A stretch of 64,000 bases of DNA from Thermoplasmata archaeon (lineage in GTDB: Archaea > Thermoplasmatota > Thermoplasmata > Lutacidiplasmatales > UBA184). Numbering within the stretch: position 1 is the stretch's first letter; the number at the start of each line of letters is the position of its first letter. Position numbers and translations under genes: made by a program. A model generated the notes under the pieces. That model was not told the DNA's origin. It made no database searches and saw only the letters and a program-made list of their open reading frames with translations. Shown here in pieces: positions 37,711 through 44,893 of this stretch. The stretch lies in the NCBI GenBank assembly GCA_021816865.1, contig JAKAWX010000003.1:34681-98680 (forward strand), given 5' to 3'.

Positions 37711-38650
37711 CGAGGTAGTCCGAAACGTCCTGGATCGTCACGTCCGCGGGCGCGACGCGCTTCAGGTTCGCCAGGCAGAGCGGGCAGGCGGTTACGACCC
37801 GCTTGCTGACCGCGCTCAGCTGGCCGACCCGACGCTTCGCGATCTCGGCCGACTTCCCGGGGAAGAGGCTTTCGAGCGGACCGCCGCAGCAGAACGTGAG
37901 CTTCCCCGACATCTCGGGCTCGAGGACCGTGACCCCGCCTTCCTTCAAGAGCGACCTCGGCTCCTCGAGGACGCCCTCGTAGCGCGCGTAGACGCACGAG
38001 TCGTGGAACGTCGCCGTCTCCCCGAGCTTCGTGGTCGCCCTCAAGCGCCGCTCCGCGAGGACCTCGAGGTAACTCTTCACTTGGACGTCGAATCCCGGGA
38101 CCACGGTGGGGTACACGCTCCGCAGCATGTTGGTCGTGTGCGGGTCCACGGTGATCACGCGGCGAACGCCGTGGCGGCGCAGGGCGTCGGCGACGCGCTG
38201 CGCCTGGACCCGGAACGCGTCGTCGAGGCCCTCGTCGTGGGCGAGCCCGCCGGCGTAGAGGTCGTCCTCGTAGAGGTAGCCGAACGGGACCTGCGCGGCC
38301 GCGAGGAGCTTCGCGATGTTCCGCAGGCGCTCGTCGAACGCAGCCCGCTCCCGCGCCGACGTGCGGGCGAGGAACGGCGTGAGGTTGAGGACCTTGTTCA
38401 TCGAGCGGGCGACGGAAAAGAGCCGGGCGCTCGAGCGGCCCTCGTACTTCGCGAGCTGCCGGCTCATCGCGTCGATCGCCGGGACCATCTGCCACATCTG
38501 GCCGGTGTAGAGGACGGTCTCCCCGCCCCTCGGGATGTTGAGGCCGTGCGTCCACCCGGTGACCGCGCGTCGCCGTAGGGGCAGCGCGCTCTTGCGCTTG
38601 CGAAGGTTGTCGCCGAGCATCCCCAGGGTGCTTTTGATCGGAACCGGCAT
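37676..38650 (-). CDS. HdrB-like CCG-domain Fe-S protein (single intact CCG motif)
   Basis: The C-terminal half carries C-x32-CC-x33-CxxC (DSC...FCCGGP...CPLC). The N-terminal 200 aa contain no Cys. GGGAGG lies upstream of the ATG. Confidence 0.8.
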   Translation of the reverse strand: MPVPIKSTLGMLGDNLRKRKSALPLRRRAVTGWTHGLNIPRGGETVLYTGQMWQMVPAIDAMSRQLAKYEGRSSARLFSVARSMNKVLNLTPFLARTSARERAAFDERLRNIAKLLAAAQVPFGYLYEDDLYAGGLAHDEGLDDAFRVQAQRVADALRRHGVRRVITVDPHTTNMLRSVYPTVVPGFDVQVKSYLEVLAERRLRATTKLGETATFHDSCVYARYEGVLEEPRSLLKEGGVTVLEPEMSGKLTFCCGGPLESLFPGKSAEIAKRRVGQLSAVSKRVVTACPLCLANLKRVAPADVTIQDVSDYLVKAYCPAPVPT

Positions 38651-38666
38651 CTTCGCTCGCCTCCCG

Positions 38667-38975
38667 TCAGGCCTCCGCGAGGCCGTAGACGTCCCGGTTG
38701 ACGACCGTTCGCAGGGTGCGCACGTTCTCGGCGATGTGGATCCCCGCGGGGCAATTCGCCTCGCAGAGGCGGCAGAGGAGGCAACTGAAGATCGTCTCGG
38801 CCTCGCCGAGCACCCCCTCTCGATGGCCGAGGAGAGCGTAGCGGAAGAGGCGGCGGGGCATCAGCTCGACGCCGAGCGGGCAGAGCGCCGTGCACGTGCC
38901 GCAGTTGATGCACAATCGGGCGTCGAACTCGCCGCCCAGCTTGAGCGCGCTCAGGAACTCGGTGTCGACCTTCAT
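38667..38975 (-). CDS. HdrC-like 2x[4Fe-4S] ferredoxin-type subunit
   Basis: CINCGTCTALCP and CLLCRLCEANCP motifs. 102 aa. ATGA overlap with the upstream gene. Confidence 0.8.
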   Translation of the reverse strand: MKVDTEFLSALKLGGEFDARLCINCGTCTALCPLGVELMPRRLFRYALLGHREGVLGEAETIFSCLLCRLCEANCPAGIHIAENVRTLRTVVNRDVYGLAEA

Positions 38976-39223
38976 GGGGTCTCCTCCGCCAGTTGGTAGC
39001 GGTAGTAGTCCTCCGAGCGGGCCTTCGGGAGGTCGCGGACGCGGCCGTAGCGCCGCATCGCCATCACCCACTTCGTCACCTCGGGCGCCGGGACGCGGAG
39101 CGTCGTGGCGAGCTCGGGGATCGTCTTCGGTCCCTCCCGCAGCGCCGCCGCCACTCGGTCGCGCTCGTAGAGCTCGTCCCGCAGGACCTCCCCGAGGTTC
39201 CGCAGGTACTCTTTTCCCGTCAT
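38972..39223 (-). CDS. Small winged-helix-like protein embedded in the Hdr-like operon
   Basis: 83 aa. GPKTIPELATTLRVPAPEVTKWVMAMRRYGRV resembles a wHTH. ATGA overlaps at both ends. Confidence 0.55.
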   Translation of the reverse strand: MTGKEYLRNLGEVLRDELYERDRVAAALREGPKTIPELATTLRVPAPEVTKWVMAMRRYGRVRDLPKARSEDYYRYQLAEETP

Positions 39224-40944
39224 GTCGCCTCCGCGGCGAGCGCGTCGATCATGGCGTGGATCTGCTCGTTCGAGTAGCCCTGGACCGAGATCGCCTGCTT
39301 CGGGCAGACCGGGACGCACGCGCCCTCGCCCTTGCAGAGGACGCCGTTGACCTCGGCGATCCGCCGGTCGCCGTAGTCGACCGGTGCGACCGCTCCGTAC
39401 GGGCACGCCTTCGTGCACTCGTCGCACCAGACGCAGAGCGTCGGGTCGACCTTCGCGACGAGCGGGTCGAGGTCGACGTACCCCTTCAGCAGGAGGCCGC
39501 CGGTCTTGGAGACGGCGGCGAGCGCGCTCGAGACGCTCTCGGCGACGTTCTTTGGGCCCTGCGCGGCCCCGACGATGTAGACCCCGTCGACGACGGTCTC
39601 GACGGGTCGCAACTTCACGTGGACCTCATGGAAGAACCCGTCCTGGCCGATCGGAAGCTTGAGCGCGCGCACGAGGGCGTCGTTCTCCCGGGGAACCATC
39701 CCCGTCACCAGGACCACGAGGTCGGGTCGCATCTCGACCTCCTCGCTGCGCATCAGTCGGTCCTTCACCCGCACGACGAGGCCTCCCTCCTCCCGCGTCA
39801 CCGTGGGGCGCGCCTCCTCGCCGTATCGGAGGTAGACCGAGCCCCCGCGCAGCGCCCGCTCGTAGAGCGTTTCGTACTTGCCGTAGGTGCGCACGTCCCG
39901 GAACAGATGGAACTGATGGACCGTGGGGTCGAGGCCGCTGACGACCGTCGCGAGGTGGGAGGTCGCACTGCAGCAGTAGCGCGAGCAGTAGGTGTGGCCG
40001 CCGGGGGTGTCCGCTCCGTCGCGGGAGCCCACGCAGTAGATGTACGCGATCGACCGCACGGGCCGACCGTGGTACTCGAGTCGGCCCGGATGTTCCGCGA
40101 CCAGCTCCTTCAGCTCGGGCAACGTGATCACGCCTTCGAGGCCGAATCCGAACTCACCTTCCTTCGGCGAGTACGGGTCGAACCCGGTCGCGACGACGAT
40201 CGCGCCCACCTTGAGGCCGATCGTGTCGCCTGTGCGCGTCCGCAACGTGACCGCGAATTCCCCGAGCCGCCCCGTCTTCTCGACGAGCTCGGTCGAGAGG
40301 TAGAGGTTCACGTTCTCGCGGCGCCGGACTTCGTCGATCAGGCCGTCGACGAGCTCGCGCCCGACCTTGTCGTTCGGAAAGAGGGTCCCCCAGCGAGCGA
40401 CCTGCCCGCCCGCCTCCGCGGCCCTTTCGATGAGGTGAACCGAGATCCCGAGATCGCTCAGCGCGAGGGCGGCTCGCAGGCCGGCCACGCCCGCGCCCAC
40501 GACCAGCGCCTGGGGGAGCGTCTCCACGCGCATACGCTCGAGCGGCACCGAAAGCGCCGTCTTGGCCACCCCCGCCCGTGCGAGCTTGAGCGCCTTCTCC
40601 GTCGCGGCCGCACGGTCGTGCGTGTGCGCCCACGAGCACTGCTCGCGGATGTTCACCTGAGTGTACTCGTACGGGTTGAGGCCGGCGCGCTGGGCCATTG
40701 CCCGGAACGTCGCGGTGTGGAGCTTCGGCGAGCAGGAGCAGACGACGACACCGTCGAGCTTCTTCTCCCGGATCTCCTGGATCACCGACTGCTGCGCCGC
40801 GTCCGAGCAGGCGAACATCTGTACCTGGGAGGCGACGACGTCCCCCTCCTTCGCGATCTCCGACCTCACTTTCTCGGTGTCGACGTAGTCCGAGATGTTG
40901 CCGCCGCACTGGCAGACCACCACGCCGAGGCGTCGACCGGTCAT
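39220..40944 (-). CDS. HdrA-like flavoprotein paralogue 2 (N-terminal Cys domain plus C-terminal 2x[4Fe-4S])
   Basis: LGVVVCQCGGNISDYVD, VVCSCSPKLH, REQCSWAH, VVGAGVAGLRAAL, YCSRYCCS, CVWCDECTKACP and CKGEGACVPVCP. Has FPNDKVG where HdrA normally has FPTxDCxxC. Confidence 0.85.
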   Translation of the reverse strand: MTGRRLGVVVCQCGGNISDYVDTEKVRSEIAKEGDVVASQVQMFACSDAAQQSVIQEIREKKLDGVVVCSCSPKLHTATFRAMAQRAGLNPYEYTQVNIREQCSWAHTHDRAAATEKALKLARAGVAKTALSVPLERMRVETLPQALVVGAGVAGLRAALALSDLGISVHLIERAAEAGGQVARWGTLFPNDKVGRELVDGLIDEVRRRENVNLYLSTELVEKTGRLGEFAVTLRTRTGDTIGLKVGAIVVATGFDPYSPKEGEFGFGLEGVITLPELKELVAEHPGRLEYHGRPVRSIAYIYCVGSRDGADTPGGHTYCSRYCCSATSHLATVVSGLDPTVHQFHLFRDVRTYGKYETLYERALRGGSVYLRYGEEARPTVTREEGGLVVRVKDRLMRSEEVEMRPDLVVLVTGMVPRENDALVRALKLPIGQDGFFHEVHVKLRPVETVVDGVYIVGAAQGPKNVAESVSSALAAVSKTGGLLLKGYVDLDPLVAKVDPTLCVWCDECTKACPYGAVAPVDYGDRRIAEVNGVLCKGEGACVPVCPKQAISVQGYSNEQIHAMIDALAAEAT

Positions 40945-43739
40945 GCCTTCGCCTCCGCCCTTGGGACGAGTACCGGGACCTCGATCGACGCGGGCTCGAT
41001 GGGGAGGGGCGGCTTCGGCTCCCGCCGCTTCAGGTACGCCGCGATCTGGGCGGACGCCGCCTCCGAGTGAAGGATCGTATCGGGAATGTCGCGAACGGCC
41101 GTGGCCGAGCCGATGACGAAGACGCCGGGGAGGCTCGTGCGGCCGGGCTCGAGCTCCTCGTTCGTCTCGCGCACGTACGAATGAGCGTCCTTCTCCGGCG
41201 CTCCCTCTGGGAACAACCGGAACGCGCCCTGGTTCGGCAGGAGCCCCGTCGCCAGTACGACGAGGTCGTGGCGCGCCTCCTTCGGCCCGCCGTCCCCTTC
41301 GATGTCCTCGTAGTGGACGATGAGGTCGTTCGAGTCGGTCTCCTCGACGCGGGAGACCTTCCCCCGCGTGAAGTAGACCCCCATGCCCTTCGTCTGCTGG
41401 AAGAACTCCTCGTACCCCTTCCCGAACGCGCGGATGTCGATGTAGTAGATCGTGACGTCCGCGAGCGGGATCGCCCCCATTAGGAGCTGCGCCTGCTTCA
41501 TCGAGTACATGCAGCAGACCCGCGAGCAGAGGCGGTTGCCGACCTGCTCGTCCCGCGACCCCGCGCAGAGGAGGAACGCAACGTTCGTCGGTGCCTTCCC
41601 ATCGGACGGTCGGACGACCGCGTTGAACGGACGTGTCGGGGCGAGGATGCGGTCCATCTGAGGACCGGTGATCACGTTCGCGAAGCGACCGAAGCCGAAC
41701 GCGGGCTTCTGGCGGGCGTCGAACGGGGAGAAGCCGGTGGCGAGCGCCACGGAACCCACGGTCACGGCCTCGTGGCGGGCCCGCATGTCGAGGTCGATCG
41801 CGTCCGCAGGACACGCGGCGACGCATTCCCGACACTCCGAGCAGACGCCGCAGTCGAGGCAGCGGTTCGCGCTCGCGCGCGCGGCCGCCTCCCCCATCGC
41901 GAGCTCGTACGGGGCGAAGGAGGTGAGCCGCTCGGCGACGGGGAGGCGGACGATCGGAATCGGGTCCCGGCGCGTGCCGTGCTCTCGAGCCCTGGCCGCG
42001 ACCGCGCTCCGGTCCGCGACCGGCAGCCGGTCGTCGAACCGGAGACCGTCGTCGGGGGCCTTGCGGAGGAAGCGATCGATGTGAAACGCCGCGCGCTTTC
42101 CCTGGCCGATCGAGGTCACGATCATCGTGGGACCGGTGACCGCGTCGCCCCCCGCGAAGACGCCGGCCATCGAGGTCGCCAGCGTCTCGGGGTCGACCTC
42201 GATCGTCCCGTTCCGCCGGAGCGCGAGCTCGGTGGCGAAGGCCTGGGTGTTGGGCGAGAGCCCGATCGCGGTGATCAGCACTTCGCCGGGGACCGTCTCC
42301 CGGACGGTCGGATCGAACGTGGGCCGGAACCGGTGCTCGGCATCGAAGACCGACGTGCACCGAATGAGCTCGACCCCCGAGACCCGGCGGTCGTAGCCGA
42401 CGACCTGCCCGACACCCCAGGAGTTGGTGATGACCACCCCTTCGTCTTCGGCCTCCTGGACCTCCCAAGGATGGGCGGGCATCTCCGTCCGCGACTCGAG
42501 GCAGTAGAGGCGGACCGATCGCGCCCCGAGACGGAGCGCACTGCGCGCGGAGTCGATCGCGACGTTCCCGCCTCCGATGACCACGACGGCTTTGCCCGCG
42601 ACGTCGGGGGCCTGGCCGTCGTTGACCCGGTGGAGGAACTCCATCGAGTCGATGACGCCGGGGAGCTCCTCGCCCGGCACCGATAGCTTGCGACCGCCGC
42701 GGTCGCCCGCCGCCACGAAGACCGCATCGAATCCGGACTCGCGCAACGCCTTGAGCGAAGTGACCGGGTGGGCGGTCTCGATGCGGACCCCGAGCGCGGT
42801 GATGTTCGCGAGGTCTCGCGCGAGAACCTCCTTCGGGAGGCGGTACGAAGGGATCCCCCATCGCATGATCCCGCCCGGCTCCCGGTCGGCCTCGAAGACC
42901 GTCACGTCGTAGCCGTTCCGGCCGAGGAAGAACGCGGCGGCGAGGCCCGCCGGTCCGGACCCGACGACCGCGACGCGCTGGCCGCGGCGTTCGGTCGGTG
43001 GCCCGTACTCGGGCGCCGGGTGGCCCGCGTAGTACCGGTCGGCCATGAACCGCTTGATCCCCCGGATCGGAACGGTACCCTCGAGCTCCGCGCGGGAGCA
43101 CTGGTCCTCGCACGGTGCGTAGCACGCTCGGCTGAGGACGCCCACGAGAGGGGCGTCGTCGAGGTGCTGACGGAACGCCTTGTCGTACTGGCCGGAGCGG
43201 ACGAGAGAGATGTACCCGTGGGGCTTGACTCCCGCCGGGCACGAGAACGAGCAGGGCGAGGTTCCCACCCGGGTGATGATCGCCTTTTTCGGGACCGCCT
43301 GCGGGAAGGCGATGTGCGCCGCCCGTCGTGCCGCGAGGTCGTAATTGAACTCGTCCGGGACCGCGACCGTGCACGCGGGCTCGCACAGCGCACAGCCGGT
43401 GCACTTCGCCGCGTCGACGAACGTGGGCTTGCGGGTGAGACGGACCTTGAACGCTCCGTCGCCGACCGGTGTGATGTCGTCGACCTCGGAGTAGACGAGC
43501 GTGCGCACGTTGGGGTGGTTGTTCACCGCGGCCATCTTGGGCGTCGAGATGCAGCTCGCGCAATCGAGCGTCGGGAAGACCTTGCTGAGCAAGATCATGC
43601 GCCCCCCGACGCTCGGTTCCTTCTCCACGACGAGGACCTTGAACCCCATATCGCCGAGCGTGAGCGCAGACTCCATGCCCCCGACGCCCGCGCCGACGAC
43701 GAGAACGTCGTAATCGGTCTTCGCGCCGTCCGCGGCCAT
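40941..43739 (-). CDS. HdrA-like flavoprotein with an inserted GltD/NfnB-type NAD(P)H oxidoreductase module
   Basis: HdrA parts: VLVVGAGVGGMESAL, VFPTLDCASCISTPKM, CTGCALCEPAC ... CLDCGVCSECRECVAACP, LCSRVCCMYS. Inserted module (about aa 158-560): SPCSFSCPAG..ACYAPCEDQC.., VAVVGSGPAGLAAAF, VVVIGGGNVAIDSA, GVFAGGD. Confidence 0.85.
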   Translation of the reverse strand: MAADGAKTDYDVLVVGAGVGGMESALTLGDMGFKVLVVEKEPSVGGRMILLSKVFPTLDCASCISTPKMAAVNNHPNVRTLVYSEVDDITPVGDGAFKVRLTRKPTFVDAAKCTGCALCEPACTVAVPDEFNYDLAARRAAHIAFPQAVPKKAIITRVGTSPCSFSCPAGVKPHGYISLVRSGQYDKAFRQHLDDAPLVGVLSRACYAPCEDQCSRAELEGTVPIRGIKRFMADRYYAGHPAPEYGPPTERRGQRVAVVGSGPAGLAAAFFLGRNGYDVTVFEADREPGGIMRWGIPSYRLPKEVLARDLANITALGVRIETAHPVTSLKALRESGFDAVFVAAGDRGGRKLSVPGEELPGVIDSMEFLHRVNDGQAPDVAGKAVVVIGGGNVAIDSARSALRLGARSVRLYCLESRTEMPAHPWEVQEAEDEGVVITNSWGVGQVVGYDRRVSGVELIRCTSVFDAEHRFRPTFDPTVRETVPGEVLITAIGLSPNTQAFATELALRRNGTIEVDPETLATSMAGVFAGGDAVTGPTMIVTSIGQGKRAAFHIDRFLRKAPDDGLRFDDRLPVADRSAVAARAREHGTRRDPIPIVRLPVAERLTSFAPYELAMGEAAARASANRCLDCGVCSECRECVAACPADAIDLDMRARHEAVTVGSVALATGFSPFDARQKPAFGFGRFANVITGPQMDRILAPTRPFNAVVRPSDGKAPTNVAFLLCAGSRDEQVGNRLCSRVCCMYSMKQAQLLMGAIPLADVTIYYIDIRAFGKGYEEFFQQTKGMGVYFTRGKVSRVEETDSNDLIVHYEDIEGDGGPKEARHDLVVLATGLLPNQGAFRLFPEGAPEKDAHSYVRETNEELEPGRTSLPGVFVIGSATAVRDIPDTILHSEAASAQIAAYLKRREPKPPLPIEPASIEVPVLVPRAEAKA

Positions 43740-44165
43740 CTACGCCTCCGCGGCGACCGACGCGAGGTCGTCGAGCGCCTTTCCGAATTGCTTCATGTGG
43801 TTGACGAACGGCTCGGCGCACACCGAGCAAATTGCCGCCATCTTGACCCGCCCGGTGTCGAGGCCGTTCTTCTGGAGCAACGCCTGGGACCGCGTCACGA
43901 CGTCGGCCGTGCGACCGACGCAATCCGGAAGCAGCGCGCACTCCGGTCCGTCCGCGGCGATGAAGACGCCATCGAACCCGGCCTTCAGGGCGTGGAGGAC
44001 CCAGGTCGGATTGATACCGCCCGAGCACGGAACGGCGATGACCTCGACGGAGGACGAGTAGTCCATGTGAGCGCTTCCGGCGAGGTCGATCCCCATGTCG
44101 GAGATCGCGTTCGTCGAGAAGACCAGCACGCGGGGTCGGTGGCCGGTCGCGCCCGCGTCGGTCAC
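43740..44165 (-). CDS. MvhD-like (methyl-viologen-reducing hydrogenase delta subunit family) [2Fe-2S] protein
   Basis: RVLVFSTNAISDMGIDLAG...VEVIAVPCSGGINPTWVLHALKAGFDGVFIAADGPECA. The GTG at 44165 overlaps the tusA-like stop by 1 nt. Confidence 0.8.
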   Translation of the reverse strand: MTDAGATGHRPRVLVFSTNAISDMGIDLAGSAHMDYSSSVEVIAVPCSGGINPTWVLHALKAGFDGVFIAADGPECALLPDCVGRTADVVTRSQALLQKNGLDTGRVKMAAICSVCAEPFVNHMKQFGKALDDLASVAAEA

Positions 44166-44419
44166 TACTTGCCTCGCCGCAGGTAAACGCGCCAGAGTCC
44201 GCCCTCGGGGATCGTCCCGAGATACTCGTGCCCGACCTTCCTGGCCCAGAGCGGGACGTCCTCGGTCGTTCCCTCGTCGGAGGAGATGACTTCCATCACG
44301 CCGTGCATCGGAACCGACGGGACCGTCCGCTTCGCCTCGAGGAGAGGGCCCGGACACGCCATCCCGCGAGCGTCAATCGACTTGTCGACCTTGAGGTGCC
44401 GCAACTCCTCGATCTCCAT
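44165..44419 (-). CDS. tusA: TusA/SirA-like sulfur carrier protein
   Basis: 84 aa. DARGMACPGPLLEAKR contains the conserved CPxP Cys motif. Confidence 0.8.
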   Translation of the reverse strand: MEIEELRHLKVDKSIDARGMACPGPLLEAKRTVPSVPMHGVMEVISSDEGTTEDVPLWARKVGHEYLGTIPEGGLWRVYLRRGK

Positions 44420-44678
44420 GCCCCTTCCTCGAACCCCTGACCTTCGGTGAGGGATATGAGAGCGCAGTCAACGAAGCTTGACTATGCCGTCCGTCGGCGA
44501 AGCGAGCGCCCGCCGGGGGTGCGACACATCGACACGGTGCGAAACGTCGCGGCGTTCGATCCGGTTCCGTGACCCCCGGTTCGTCCGGCACGAGATCGAC
44601 ACCGGCCCGCGCCGATCGACAGCCCGCGTCGGGTTCGATCCCGCCGCGCAGGGCACCCGTGGCTCGATCAGACTCGGG

Positions 44679-44796
44679 TGGGTCTCAGGGGTGCCGAAGA
44701 GACCCGGCGCCTCTGCTCACCGTCCCTCCCCTGAGACCCAATCTAAGAATGGTGCGAGTGCGGATACGCGTCTCGTCAAGTCAAACTCACTCGCAC
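44679..44796. repeat. Two tandem perfect inverted repeats (13-bp and 9-bp stems)
   Basis: tgggtctcagggg (44679-44691) pairs with cccctgagaccca (44728-44740). gtgcgagtg (44752-44760) pairs with cactcgcac (44788-44796). Confidence 0.6.
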
Positions 44797-44893
44797 GCCG
44801 CGCGGGAGGTACCTCGGCTCGGTCGAAGCCCCTCCGGGCGGCTCGGCCACGCCAAATAGGCCCGATCTGTCCGCCGCAAGGTCACCGAGCAAC

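Noticed and set aside
38890-41070. Long antisense ORFs: this one, plus 46167-48176, 49161-50819, 50630-52234, 7887-9140, 10012-11406, 12658-13878, 13901-15490, 53094-54752 and 60948-62282
   Set aside because: Each is fully overlapped on the opposite strand or in another frame by a gene with strong family motifs. Their translations are Arg/Pro/Gly-dominated with no motifs. This is expected in GC-rich DNA, where stop codons are rare.
39220-44028. 1602-aa minus-strand ORF
   Set aside because: Only the last 574 aa (from the ATG at 40944) form the HdrA2 protein. The upstream 1000 aa are an out-of-frame shadow of the real 932-aa HdrA gene (40941-43739).
44631-44645. T-arm-like motif gggttcgatcccgcc suggesting another tRNA
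   Set aside because: I could not build an acceptor stem, a D arm or an anticodon arm around it. The stem is only 4 bp with a 6-nt loop. Likely chance in GC-rich DNA.
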